DNA of 54,468 nucleotides from Guillardia theta CCMP2712 (Eukaryota; Protista; Cryptophyta): NCBI RefSeq assembly GCF_000315625.1, contig NW_005434599.1, positions 1 through 54,468 on the forward strand. Reading direction: 5' to 3'. The notes under the pieces were generated by a model that saw only the letters and a list, made by a program, of their open reading frames with translations, did no database searches and was not told the origin of the DNA. Positions 22,455 through 36,006 of this stretch are shown here, in pieces. Numbering within the stretch: the first letter of the stretch is position 1; each line of letters starts with the position of its first letter. Position numbers and translations under genes: made by a program.

Positions 22455-23316
22455 TAACCTAAATCATTGAATGGCATGAAAGATCCGTCACTATCCGACC
22501 GTCACGCCCGGCACGCCGCCGCGCGGCCGCCGCCTGTTCACTACTCAAGTTGCCGGCCAGTCCGACGAGTCTCTGACCGACGGTACTGCCAGTGCCAGTC
22601 ACAGACGGTGAGGCCCGCCCGGGCCGACCGGCCGGGCCGCGGCGCGAATGTGCCACCGCCGTTCGGTCACCCGATGGTGGGCGGCCAAGTCATCTACACT
22701 GGGCCCGCGTCACTGAGCCCTTGAAACATTTGACTAAAACTATCCAACGGTCATAACGGCATTTCGCCGTAAGGGGCTATTTAATTCAGAATTGACATTC
22801 AAATTGATTATTTGCTCTTTATTTTGTAATTTCAACCATCTTGAGGAGAAAGTTTGAACCTCTCAGGTTGGGGAATATTCCTTTCAAGTTCTCATCCCAT
22901 ACAGGGTGGGTTGTTCGGACCGGTACTATTAGGCTTCTAATAACCGGTAGTGTTTTGCTTTTCGTAGATGAAGGGGTTGGTGGTAGGGGAACAGGCCAGA
23001 GATGGCGGCAGGCGGATGGACTGAGGAGAATGGAGGAAAGGGAGGAGCAGGAGAGAAGTGAGAGAGAAGTGAAATCGATGATTAACTTGTGTCTTTGAGG
23101 ATACAGAAGCAATTGTGACAAGTGTGGAGCGATTGAAGCACATTGTTTGATAAGGAGGAGCTCTTTGAATCGAGTCTAATCTGGGGACTTCAAATTCTCA
23201 GCAATTCAGGTTTTGTGTCATCGCTTCTGCTCACACGATTGCCTTGAATTCGTCATATCTTCTTTGATCAACTACATCAGAACATCTCCTTGACACCAAA
23301 GGAATCGTTCCTCACC

Positions 23317-24837
23317 ATGTTCCACATCCACAACAAATCGCAGCAGCCTCTGAAATTTGAGGTTACCATTACAACTCAGCTCATGACCCAGCTTCCGGCT
23401 AAGTACAAACATCTCCGTCTGATGCTCACACGAGGGGCTAAGGCTGTGAGCACCAAGGAAATCTTCGCGGTGAATCAGAGGGCGGAGCCGAGCCCCTCAG
23501 ATGGCGTCATGAAGATGGTGTGTACCATGTACAAGTCGATGCAGACCGGGAAGTTCGACGAGAAGACTTACAAGATCTCTCTCATTCGTATCAACCCCCG
23601 CGCGATGCGGGAGAAGGAGAAGCGCATCGGAACCACGTACCTGAACCTCGCCGAGTATGTCAACACTGATCCAAGAGGGCTCAACGAAGACGTGAAGCTG
23701 AACATGAAGGTTTCCGAGAGCAACGCGCCAGCCATCATCTCCTTGAACATCAAGAGCCTGTGGTTGAAGAACTTTAAGGGCGGGTCCGAAGGCGACGCCA
23801 TGTCGGACATGTCGAGCGTGAACATCGAGACGTCAAGCCAGGCAACAACCAACACGTCATTGAACAGTATTGACGAGGATGGCGAAGAAGAGGCCAACGT
23901 AGAGATAAAGGAGGACGAAGAATCCCCTGAAAAACCTCCGAAATCAGCCAAGAGCGATATTCTGTCTCCTACTGCGTCTGCAGCAGTCGGAGGAGACATA
24001 CAGGAACTGAAAGATGCGCTGTTGAGCGCCAAGGCTGATCTGCAATGGACTACAGAGAATCTCAAAGACACTGAAAAGCTTCTGATGCAGAAGGAGGATG
24101 AGCTCGAAGAGGCGACATCGACCATCCGCAAGCTCGAAGCAGACCTGGAGGCAGCCATGAAGGTGCAGGAAGAACTGTTGCAGGAGAACGAGCGCGCTGA
24201 GAAGCAGTACGTCACTCTTATGAATGAGTTTGAAGCTGGAGTTTCCAAGAGTTCTGTCGAGAAGTCGGAGCTGGAAAGATTGAAGGCAGAGATCAAGCAG
24301 CTCAAGTCGGAAGCGTCAGCTCTTAGAGAAGAGAGGGATTCGCTCCAGAAGCAGCTGCAGGGCGAGAAAGCAAACAACGAAGCCCTGAGGAAGGAGGAGG
24401 AAAGGAAAGGAAACGCAGACACTGCAGAGCTCGAATCGCTTTTGGAACACGAGAAGCAGAAGTCAGCCAAGTACAAGAATCACCTTGAGAAGATGACCGA
24501 GGCGAAGGGCTCTCTAGAAGCCGAGTTGGCACAGATTCGCAAGCAGGTGGAAGGAAAGGAGCCTGTCGCCAACTCCAAGGTACAGTCAGACGAGAAAGTT
24601 CAACAATCCAATGGGGATGCGCAGAACAATTCGCGTCAAGAGCTGGAGAAAATGACTGCAGAGCTCGAGAGGGTTTCGATGCAGCTCGTGACTGCTTCCC
24701 TGGGCCATGCCCAGGCCGAGCAAGATCGTCTTGAGGCCAAACAGCAGGTCTACAAACTGAAGGAGGCAAACCGCAAGCTGCGCGAGCGTCTCACTCAGGC
24801 GGAGCTTGAGCTGGCAAAGGCACACACGACTGACTAG
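23317..24837 (+). CDS. NT-C2 (EEIG1/EHBP1-type N-terminal C2) domain plus long coiled-coil protein, single exon
   Basis: KFEVTIT..LMLTRG..MVCTMYK..KFDEKTYKISL..IGTTYLNLAEY, then Ser/Asp linker and heptad repeats. Confidence 0.82.
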   Translation: MFHIHNKSQQPLKFEVTITTQLMTQLPAKYKHLRLMLTRGAKAVSTKEIFAVNQRAEPSPSDGVMKMVCTMYKSMQTGKFDEKTYKISLIRINPRAMREKEKRIGTTYLNLAEYVNTDPRGLNEDVKLNMKVSESNAPAIISLNIKSLWLKNFKGGSEGDAMSDMSSVNIETSSQATTNTSLNSIDEDGEEEANVEIKEDEESPEKPPKSAKSDILSPTASAAVGGDIQELKDALLSAKADLQWTTENLKDTEKLLMQKEDELEEATSTIRKLEADLEAAMKVQEELLQENERAEKQYVTLMNEFEAGVSKSSVEKSELERLKAEIKQLKSEASALREERDSLQKQLQGEKANNEALRKEEERKGNADTAELESLLEHEKQKSAKYKNHLEKMTEAKGSLEAELAQIRKQVEGKEPVANSKVQSDEKVQQSNGDAQNNSRQELEKMTAELERVSMQLVTASLGHAQAEQDRLEAKQQVYKLKEANRKLRERLTQAELELAKAHTTD

Positions 24838-24951
24838 AAAAGACCGACTAAGACATGATTGGACTATATAGAGAGGTGGTGGAGTCAACTTAATTGGGCA
24901 ATGTAAGCCGCAAACGATCTTCATTGAATGGATAAAACGCACTTTTACTTG

Positions 24952-26062
24952 TTACGAGCTTCTTGTGGATACGCTCTTAGAATTGTCCTTCGGTCTGAGG
25001 CAGTATGAACACGTTTCCATACCTAGCTCAGAATCCTCAACGGTTAGTCCAGCCTGCACAATGCAATCAGCAGGCGGTGTGTCCAAAGAAACTTCGAGTG
25101 CCTTCTCAAACAGTATTCTGTGATGCACATCTGTGCGCGTGATGTCGTATCTCCCATTCTCCCCATCAGGCGTGTCCATCTGAAACCTGTGGAAGCAAAA
25201 AATGAGTCCTGTGGGTACACAGCAAGAGGAGCAGAGAAGACAAAGCTCGCTTTCGAGGACCTGTCATTCCTCGCGTGCCCATAGGGTCTGTTCTCCTTGA
25301 CAATTAGAAATCCATGTCTCCTGAGACCCTTGGAGAGGGACTCCAAGCACTTGATCTAGCAGAAGGAGTCAGTGACATAAGTTTGTCCTCACAGGAGCCA
25401 AAAGGGAGTACCACGTCCTGGTCTGTCAAGTACTGCAGCGTCCACTGAATCCACACCAAGTCTGCTGAATTGCTCGGCAATGGACTGAGATCGTCCAAAC
25501 GAGCACATTTGAATTCGCATCTCATCGCCCTTTTCTTGCCAAGGTACACTGGGAGTGAAAGTGAACATGTCAAGGTTCGCTGTCTGTTCACAAACATGCG
25601 CTCACTTTTTGATTGTTTTGACCATTGACTGTCGCCTTCTATCAGCATCACTCGCTTGCATCGCCGCAGCAGCACAGCTCTGGTCACTCGACCGACTCCA
25701 GCACCTTTCTTCACAGTGAGAAAGAGGCAAGCGCTTGTTCATGCAGATCAACCTGCATCTATTGCTGTTTCCAAGGTTTTGCCTGGATGCTTTTCAAGCA
25801 TTCGATCCAGGAAGCGCAAACTCTCTATGCAATCTTCTTCTCCATCATCATCTCCCACCATAGCCTCTGAATCTGTTGTGCCACCATACCCCGTAACCCA
25901 CCATTCTCGATTGGCCTCATACCACTTCTCCCTGTTTTCATTCTGGACCCTCAACAGCTCTTCATGGCAGGTGTAAAATCTTCCGACGTCATCGATACCC
26001 TTGATCATCAGTCTCTCCGAGCACGAAACCACTACATACAAAACAGTCAGCTTGCGGCACAT
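24952..26062 (-). CDS. NTMT1: alpha-N-terminal protein methyltransferase (NTM1/METTL11-like), multi-exon; start uncertain
   Basis: AIDAG/AGVGRVT SAM motif I, DLVWIQWTLQYLTD, GFLIVKEN, ITRTD. Confidence 0.8.
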
Positions 26063-27020
26063 TTGATCTTCTGGTTGTCGTCACATTGAAACACTCCTCG
26101 ACGAGAATAGGTCAAGATTACAAGGAGCAAGCATCTTCTCATCGTTAGGACGATGGTTAGAAATTATCTTAGTTTACACGCGGCAGTCACGATCTGGGAA
26201 ATCTCAACAGATCGAAGAAATAGCGGTGTGCATGTTTTACCGTTTGCACTCGATTCTCCCACAAACAAATCAGCATCGTGACTCTGCCTACAATACTGGA
26301 GTACATTTGCCCTGATGCCGATCGGGCGTAATGCTTTGCTTCCAACAAACCTGTGCGGCACTTGCTGGCTTCTGTGTAACATCGGATCCAATGCTTTTCC
26401 ATCTTCTTCGCCTACTCGTCACGTCCCCTGTCTTTCTCCTCCTGCAGCCTCCCCTGACTCTCGTTCCCTTCCCCACTCCCCCCCTGCACCCTGTTCCCCC
26501 CACCTCCCACCTCCCTCCCGCCCGCTCCTCGTCACGCTACCACCCCCACCCTCCTGATTTCCTGTATAACTACCCCCTTCAGCATTTTTGCTACTCATGC
26601 AGGGGTAAAACTCGAGGAGCGATCACGGTGATATTGGGGGGAGATCACGGAAACATCACCCACCCCTCATTTACCTCAGAATTCTCAAGTCAAAATTGGG
26701 GTCCGTGAATTACTGCCTTCCCAAATTTCTGCCTTCACCTTTTGCTATAAATCCTCTTAGTTATCAATTGCTGTCTTTTTGTACGACGGTCCGGTCTCTG
26801 CAAATTCTATTTCGGGAACCTAGGACCTGGCATGGCGGGCGGCACACTGGTATGCGGAGTGTCGCAGCTATGGAGGAGCTGAAGTGAAGGAGGAAGGTGA
26901 ACCCGACTTGAGCTCGTCACGCCAACGTGATCCAAGAACCCCACGACCGAAACCAGACCAGTTCAAGCACACACTGTGACTCCAGACTCCCGGCGTTCCC
27001 TGAGATCAATCGAGTACAAA

Positions 27021-30000
27021 ATGAGTGGAAGGGAAATCGCTTCCAAGAAAGCAAGACTGATCCTTGCTGTCTCTCTCGGCATCACACTTGTTGCTCTCAC
27101 AATGGTCATTCAACAAGGATCGCAACCTGCTGATGTAATTTCGTTAATCTTGAGGTTGGAACCAGTGCTGACTGCATGGGTCATGGCAGGGATCAGAGAG
27201 CACTGATCTGTTTGAGATGGCAAAGAGAGTTTTGAACCTTCAGGTATGAATCAACTCTTAACTGTTTTGATATCAAGGACTATCGAGCCGTGACAGTGGT
27301 CTGATGAGAACTGAAATGGTAGCAGTTGGCCTCGACCTTGTACGGTGGCAAGAAGTACTTTCTTGTGCCAGCGGGAGAATTCTTTCAAGTACGCAGGGAA
27401 TGCTTGTTGAAAGGGGGAGAGCTAGTGACTCTTGAAGACGAGGTGCGACTTTCACCTTGAGAGTTGCAACTAGTCCAAGTCACTTCCATTCCCTTTCAGA
27501 CGCAGGCAGAGAATGTTGCTAAGCTATGCACCAAACCTCCTTGTATCTCATTTCGTTTGTATTTTTTGTTACAACAAGCTCATGTAATACAGGTTACATT
27601 GGGCTTGTTCGCACTGGACCGTTCGATTCATTTTTCTGGCTCGATGGCTCAAACTCTTCATACAGAAGTTGGTCTCAAGGTCAACCAGAACAATCAAATC
27701 AGGTTCCAGAAAATGACGATCACCCTGACCAATCTAATCGACATGCACAGTTCGTTGCCTTCGGGAATGCTGAAGGAAGAGAGTGGCAATCAGTAGGCCT
27801 TGTCAACTCGAAATTTCCAGGACTGTGCGAACGGATTTCAGAGCGAAAAACTGTTGATTCATGCAGCAAAGTGCAAAGTTGTGAGCTTTGCATGCAGTCG
27901 AAGGTAACAACAGGATAAGTTCACATGTGCGCCTCATCTTTGAACAGGAATCGGACTCAAAGGAGGGCTTTTGTGTGCCAATTCTGTATAACACGAATGG
28001 AACGACATGCGAAACCCGCAGAAACCTGCACGGCTCTCATGCCCGAGTCGACACGAAGTGTCGTCTGTCACGGTTTGAAAATTCACAAGCAGAGGCAAGT
28101 TTGGTCACGAGGTAACAAGCGCGCCTCGTTAAGGAATGCTATGACTGTTTTTCTTGTTTCAGGTATGCTCAAGCTCCCACCTCCTATGGTTTTCAACAGT
28201 GCATCTCTTCTGATTTTACGTTTGAAGCATCGGGGAAGTTCAACGTCATCGTGACCCCTTGCTTCACTGAGACTTCGATTCGAGACAATGATGTCTACAG
28301 TCGAAAGCAGCCCACTACCGCCTGGGTGCAGGACCTCAGCGATGAGAACTTCACGACGTGCATTCAGAAAACCAATTCAAGAGGCCTCAAAAACAGAAAT
28401 AGTTATTTTGATCGGAGACTGCAGGCGTCATACCTTGCATTCACAGACTCGCCTTTCCAAGGATCACGAGCCGGAAACATTCGGTATGCTCTACCCGTCA
28501 AGAAAATTCTGCTGACTTCAATGCAGATTCGAGGCTGCTAAAGGCAACAGTCAGTGTAAGAAAGTCGAGTTCAGTCCCTCGTTTCCTCAAAGACCAAGAG
28601 TCATCGACAGTGCCCAATATGTCGCTAACCCGAAAACCCCTAACTTGATTACCTCATGGTGGCAAGAGCTGACCCCTTCCGGGGGAACGCTGTGCATAGG
28701 TTTGGAAAAGAAGCAAAACCTCAAGACAGATGTTATTGTATCATACATCGCATGGGTTGAAGTTCCCAAGAATGTAATGGATGGTAATTTGATTGCAATT
28801 TCAATTACCATGCCCTAATTATTGTCGGTTCTCAGGAACAACAACTATTGAAGGATGGAAATGGCGGAGTGAAAGCCAACGATCACGATGTGCCGTTGTA
28901 CCTTTCGAATCTTACTGGATCTACCCACCCATTATTCAAGCCTCCGTTAGAGAAAACAAACCTGCTTCGTCTGATCAAAGCTCCCCGCTGACCACTTGGA
29001 TCGAAGGTGTTGACAACGACAAATTTAAAGTGTGTGTGCAAGAGTTTGCAGACAGATCGTCGAATCGAGGGCAGCATGAGTCAGTCGACGTGGATTGGAT
29101 TGCCTTGAATGAGAACCTGTGTCCTTTAGGACAGTATCTCGTTTCTGGGACCATCGCGCACTTCTATCTGCTACCCGGAAGCACCGAGGGACTTAGTGGC
29201 AGTTGGCCCGAAGATCCTTACCTGTCTTTCCCAATCGACAAGACGTATATCAAAAACAATCTTCTGCAATCTTTGCTAGACATCGACACGACACAGCAAA
29301 AGGTTGGAGTCAAGATTCGTGCAGTAATCAATGTTAGGATGGAGGGATCATACTATTTTCGTATGTTCACAAGACAATATGCAAACCTTAGACTTGATGG
29401 AACTACGTTGTTTGAACTGTCTCCGTCAAAAAGAATCAAGTCCTTCAACATCTTCCTTGCAAGTGGAATGCATACCATTGAGATCAAGTGGGTAACTGGT
29501 TTTCGCAAGGACAACCTGTTGCAGTTGTCCTGGAGAGGAAGAGATACTGGAAACGGAATGCACTATCTGGTTGGCAGCCATTGTTCTCTCGCACCAAAAG
29601 AGCCCAAAAAGGCGGCACTTGAGCATGGTTTTACTCTTTCTTTCATCGAGACGTCTGATTCTTCCGTCGGAGTGCGGACCCTTCGCAAACTAGATGCTTT
29701 CTCGCGTATGACAGTTCCTCAGATCCAGTTTGAAACCCCCGAAGAATTGAAAGCACTGCAGAGTGCAGCCAAATCAAACTACTCAGGGAGGTGCGAAGGC
29801 ATCATTTACGTGGTACATGAAGGTGAATATGTCTTCCAAGTCAATTACGACTTGAATTCAAACCTTTGGATTGATGGCACGCCGCTGACAAAAGATTCCA
29901 GTTCGATGTACCTTGCTAGGGGGTATCATCACCTTGAAAATTTTGCCTTCAATGTGAAGCAATCCAAAGGTTGGACGCTGAAGTGGCAAGGCCCAGATAC

Positions 30001-33000
30001 CCAAGGAGTCCTGAAAATTCTTGAGGGTTTCCACATCGCAAGAGTTCAGCAAGGTATCACGGCACGGTTCTATCATTTGAACGAGACCCATGATAGAATT
30101 CCTAAAAACATTCTCTACAACTTGGTGCCATTCTCCAATGCAGCCATCATGAAAAAGATTGATTTGAAAAACCTCTATCAATTTCAGTCACTAGATCCTT
30201 CAATTCCAGTCGGGTACACGGCAATCATCATCAAAGGAAGTTTTTACATTCATCTAGGCGGATACTACACTTTCTATTTGACGTCGGTCGATGGTTCGAA
30301 ATTCTGGGTAGACGGCAAGAATGTTATCAACCTTGAAGGAAAACACGGTAGCAAGACTTCACACGGAAGGATCTTGCTTGAATCTGGAATACACACATTT
30401 CGTATGAGTTATTGGATTGTGAAAAACAGAGCGTTTCTGCATCTTCGTTATCGCGGTCCAGACACAAACAATTATTTTAGAGATCTTCCGACAGTCGACT
30501 TTGCCGGCCGCGATATTCAATCAAATACTAATCATGGCTTTGTTGTTTCTTCGTTTTACTATGACAAGAATCTCAGCTCGACTCCCGACATTAAAGGCAA
30601 ACTACGCAATCATGTCGCAAATAGCCGCTACATTGATTTCAGTGATGACATGGATTTCAAGGACCTCGATCCAGAATGGCCGACAGCTTCTGGAGTCTAT
30701 TTCCATGCAACTGGAGTTTTGCATCTGAAGTTGACCGGAAATTATTCGTTTGTGGCTACTGGATTGAGTTCGGTAATGGTAGACGGGGAAGAGACCCAAG
30801 GTACTGCAGCGAATGAAATGACATTGAACAAGGGGTATCACATTGTCCGAGTCTCTGGATTCACAAATGGTATCAAACCTCTTTGAAATTGTGAAGAATT
30901 CTGACTCTTGTTCTCAGGCTATGACAAATCCTTCTCCCTGCAGTATTCTGGTCCAGACACGCTTGGCAAATTGAAGCTCCTCCGAGCTTCTGACTTTATA
31001 CGTCCTCCCATCGCCAATACGATCGTGTACAGTGGTAATCGGTGGTGCTCCAATTGGTTTCTGACGACTTCTACCTACGGAGGATGGTTCTATCGTAGCT
31101 CCAGGAGCAAGTCTATCCTTGTAACTGCCGAATCAAGCAGTTTAGACTCGGAGATTGTGAATCAGCTGGAAGGGGCAATGGTCCCTCACCGAAGAATACT
31201 TCTAGCAAGCTACTTCAGCGGTGTCTTGCCCATTGAGCAACCTGGTAGATATGAGTTCTGCATGGACTCTCACGGCTCGATTCGTCTGGATGGCCGTCGC
31301 ATCTTGTATTACCCGGGATCATTCAAGCCAAACCTCAAGTGTAGGACTGTCATGTGCCAGCAGCGGGATTACAATGTCTCGGTGACGGTTATCAGCCGCT
31401 ACGGGCAGAAGATGTCGTTCAAAGCGACGTACAGGGGGCCCGACACCAACGGCATGGCGATTGTCATACCTTCATCTGGTTTCGATAAGTCTACGTGTCA
31501 TGCACAGACCCCTCCGGAGTGCAATTGTGAGAGTGCGTGGTGTATCAAGTGGTATCTCAACTTTTCGTTCATGCCTGAATTGATCTCGAAGCCTGTCCTC
31601 GCGCAAAGGTCAAGAAGGATGGATTTCTATTTGGGCAACACCATTCAAAGCAGGCTGCATTTTGAACACCTGAAAAACATTTTTGTGGTAGCCAGCGGGA
31701 TCAAATACATCATGAAAGGTGGAACCCACAGTTTCTGTATTGAATCAGCATCCAAAGCGACGTTTGTGTTTGGAGATGCACAGATTCTGCAGATGATTTA
31801 TCCTGGAGGCATCAAGAAGTGTCAGAGTGTTGATCTAGTCCCAGGAGCATACAACATGTCGATTGTGATCACAGAGCTCTACACTACATCCAGGATGATG
31901 GTCAGACACAAGGGTCCTGACGACAGGCGATACAATTACTTGTTGTCGAATTGGCAAGGAATGGCACATTGCGGGCAAGATCCCCACATGGTCAAATTTC
32001 CTCATGTTGAACCTCCTCCACCGCCAAAGCCTGAGCCCAAGGAACCTGAGCCCAAGGAACCTGAGCCCAAGGAACCTGAGCCCAAGGAACCTGAGCCCAA
32101 GGAACCTGAGCCCAAGGAACCTGAGCCCAAGGAACCTGAGCCCAAGGAACCTGAGCCCAAGGAACCTGAGCCCAAGGAACCTGAGCCCAAGGAACCTGAG
32201 CCCAAGGAACCTGAGCCCAAGGAACCTGAGCCCAAGGAACCTGAGCCCAAGGTTGTACCTCTGCAAGTCATCGATGCTTGTATTCCGTACATCCAGACCA
32301 ATTCAAGTGACTCTTACCGTACATGTGTCAAGGCTAGTTGTAAACTTGCAGAAAAGCATTCTCTTTGCCATTTCGTTAACAGCGAAGAAATTTGCTATAA
32401 TGTGGATGGTCAGAAATACTGCAAGCATGATGGAAAGGACGATGATCGGTGTATACAGATCAATTCCAAACAACAACAGAAGTTCTGTGAGCAACTGCTT
32501 CAGCCTCTGTACCTCACGTACTACTGTGAGAGATATCAGAGAAGCAAGAGTGATCGGGATCTAAGATTTTGCAAAATGGAGAACTGTCGTCTTTCCCTCA
32601 AAAACGGGGGTTGTCCATTTCTGAACAAGAAAGGATTTTGCTATGAAAGCAATTCTCAGCAATACTGTTCAAAAGGAGGCGATGAGCGATGCAAACCGTT
32701 TCACAGCAACAGCTTCAACAGCAAGAATCAGTGCGATAAATTTGCGAACCCAACCTACAAGAACCTGGCTTCACCTAATGCCAACGGGTTCGGAAAAGGT
32801 TTCTTCATGGAACATGCAAAAGTGCTTGAGAGTCCATTCAAGCGTGAGATAAAAACCAACGAGCTGCGGCCTGTCCATGCACCACTCTACGACATCAGGT
32901 TTGACAATGATAACGACTGGAAGCGCCTCCTTGGAGATGACGTCGATACTCGCAACCTCCTCGTCGTCTTCCAAGGCATGATCCCTGTCTCTGTCTCCGG

Positions 33001-35022
33001 GGACTACTCCTTCTTCCTCCGCTCCAAGGGCAGCGTTCGCTTGCTCATCGACGGGCTCATTGTGATCGATGACCCTTCACATCACGACGTAGGCACGCGG
33101 ATCGGGTCCGCGAGGCTGAAGACGGGGTATCACTACATGCAGATCGTCATGTACAGTCACCATCAGGATCCAGTGCTGACTGCAAGGTGGGCGGGTCCTT
33201 CAACAGACGAAAAGCAGAAGCCGTTGAGCGGCCTGCACCTCAACGCGTCATCGGCCAAAGACAATCAGGCGGAGCAATCTTCTAGTGCAGCTGAACTTCC
33301 TCAGCCTGGCACCTTGGGGTTGGAGAAAGGTTTCAAGTTCTTCATCTATAACAACTACAAATCAGATTCAAAATCATTCGACACATTCATGATGTCAAAT
33401 CCTGAATTTGACGGAACCTTGACAGATTTACAGCTCAACAACGATAACGACTGGAAGCGCCTCCTTGGAGATGACGTCGATACTCGCAACCTCCTCGTCG
33501 TCTTCCAAGGCATGATCCCTGTCTCTGTCTCCGGGGACTACTCCTTCTTCCTCCGCTCCAAGGGCAGCGTTCGCTTGCTCATCGACGGGCTCATTGTGAT
33601 CGATGACCCTTCACATCACGACGTAGGCACGCAGATCGGGTCCGCGAGGCTGAAGACGGGGTATCACTACATGCAGATCGTCATGTACAGTCACCATCAG
33701 GATCCAGTGCTTGACGCGACATGGAAGATCGAGAGTGACGGCAAAGCTTCCAACATCCTTGCTTTCCATCAATCCGGTTCTATCTATGGTGTACAACCCT
33801 TTGTGCCACAATGGAACGTGTCCGAAATCATTCAGCCCGTTGAAAACAATACTGTCCGAGTTATCGTTGAGGAGCCAGCCCGCGATGAAGTCGGCTTCCC
33901 TGTCGTTGATGGGTTTCAGTGCTCCAACTTTGAGACGGCCAAGACCTCCCACAAGCTAAAGCATCGGGTGTCGGATACTCCTCTTTCAACCGTCCTGCTG
34001 CCCGTCATCAACTACACAAGCCGTGAAACTTACTCAGACTCTCTTCCTAACAACTTGACTGCCCTCACTGTCGAGTGCATGGGCTGGTTTCAGGTGAAGA
34101 AAGCTGGAGCATACACCTTCATGATCAAGACTGTAGGGCAAATGCAGCTGCATGTCGATGGAGTCTCTAAACTTCAGGTCAAGGGCCAGGACCAGCAAGT
34201 CTTTGCTCGCACGGAGGTCAGCCTAGCGTCAGGATATCACTTCCTGTCGGTGGTGTGGAGGAACTTGGCTGAGAACTGGCAGCTGGAGGTCTTGTACAAT
34301 GGGCCAGACACCTCGGATCAAGTCAAATATCTACACGGCTCTACTCTCAACGACACGATGTCAGAGGCGGCGATAGAAGCTTTCAGTAGGGAGAGCCTGG
34401 GGCTGGTCAATAAGGACGAGGTGAAGAAGGAAGTCAGGTACATCTACAAGATCATCTCCGATCGAGATGTCTACAGGGAAAAACCCAAGCGGGACAAAGA
34501 GGAAGTGAAAACTCCGGCGCCAGCTCCTGCTTCCACTCCTTCTCCGGCGCCAGCTTCAGTCCCAACTCCGGCGCCAGCTCCAGCTCCAGCTCCAGCTCCC
34601 GTCCCGGCTCCAGCAATATCCAAGCAGAACACGATGTCGCCAAGCAGGAAAGACGTCTACATAAACAACGACCCATTCGGCTTCTTGAAGAAGAAGCTGG
34701 AGAAGAAGCAGAAGATTCAAGAAGCTCAGGAGCAGTTTCACAAGTCGATCCAAGGAATGAAAGACAAAGGCTACCTGAACGCCATCAACAATGCTAAGAA
34801 TGCTAAGAATGCCCAAGGCCACCAAAGGAATCGAGATGGGTCTTGGTTTGGAAAGCTGAAACCCCTCAAGTACCAGGAGAACTATTGGACTGATGGAAGA
34901 GGGTGAGTGGTTGCTTTGCTGCTTGACAGAACTGATTCTTGTTCTTCAGGAAGTGGGAGGGTGACAAGCACACGGGATATGAACCTGTCGAGTATGGACA
35001 AGGATGGAGAGACACAGATTGA
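27021..35022 (+). CDS. large secreted/surface protein with C-type-lectin-like, H-lectin-like and multiple PA14/GLEYA-like domains, EPKEP repeat, Cys-rich segment and PA-rich linker
   Basis: N-terminal hydrophobic segment; GYIGL..FFWLDGS..YRSW..GQPE (CTLD-like); repeated GxYxFxLxSxDGSxxxxDG..GxH..GPDT modules; ORFs 28793-30886 and 30908-34906; last exon ends 35022. Confidence 0.75.
32030..32251 (+). repeat. perfect 15-bp coding tandem repeat (CCTGAGCCCAAGGAA; PEPKE) x ~15
   Basis: Direct inspection, in frame in ORF 30908-34906. Confidence 0.92.
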
Positions 35023-36006
35023 TGGGTGCGAAAAGCACTATTGTCATAGCCCCTGAGGGGTTCAATGTCCATTAGCAATGAAGTTCCTTTCTCAGGCTCA
35101 TTACCCTACATCTTCCGACGGCGATTTTGCTGCAAATCAGAAAGAAATCCTGCAATGTAGTGGTCCACACTCCATCTTCAGGACAAGAGTTGGGGCTCAG
35201 GAACTCATCATCTAGCCCAATCTGCCTGAAGTTTTTTGATAGAGACCTTTCAATCGTCCCATCAGGAATCCCTTAGGCTTCCGGTCCTGCGACATCCCTA
35301 GCCTTAACGCGGGTGGGCGATCTCGAAGGCAACGAGAGGAGAGCTCAAGCAAGGAAGGAGTTTCAAACTTGCCTATCTTAAACTTTTTCCCATTCGCTCT
35401 GTGTATGCTATGAGGACCCAGTACTGTGTTTGATGTGCTCTCAACCTGCTCACCAGAGTGCCGGGAACTTCGACGATAAACTCGCCCTTCAAAACTGACA
35501 AAAGAATCAAAAACCGCATTTCAATCTCCAACTCATCCCACAATATCCGAGACAAAGATACTGCTCATCAGATGCAATACATTGAGAATTAAACCATTCA
35601 TTTCATAACCATTTCTCGTACAAACCGCACGCAAATGCATGCGAGCAATACATGCACACTACATACATAATTTGATCGGACACTCAAACATCCCCACTCT
35701 CCGCCCATTATCAACAGCGATGATATTTTATCATATTGTTTGCACTCTTGGAAACCAAACCAATCCTCATGGAATCTGTGAGTAGAATAAAGCTCCGAGG
35801 CGGACCTGATATGAGTACCGTGACCTGGCCCAACAGGCACCCTGCTCTGACTTTTTGGTCCTCTGAGCCCGATGGGGTGGGGGGTAGTCAAATGTGGCTG
35901 GCATCCCCCCCATTAGGTGGAATGAATGGGGGTAGGATCAGGGGTAGGATTGTTTTGCATCGACAGTGAGGTGGGGTAGGGTTTAATAGGCTTGCAACAT
36001 TTGAAA

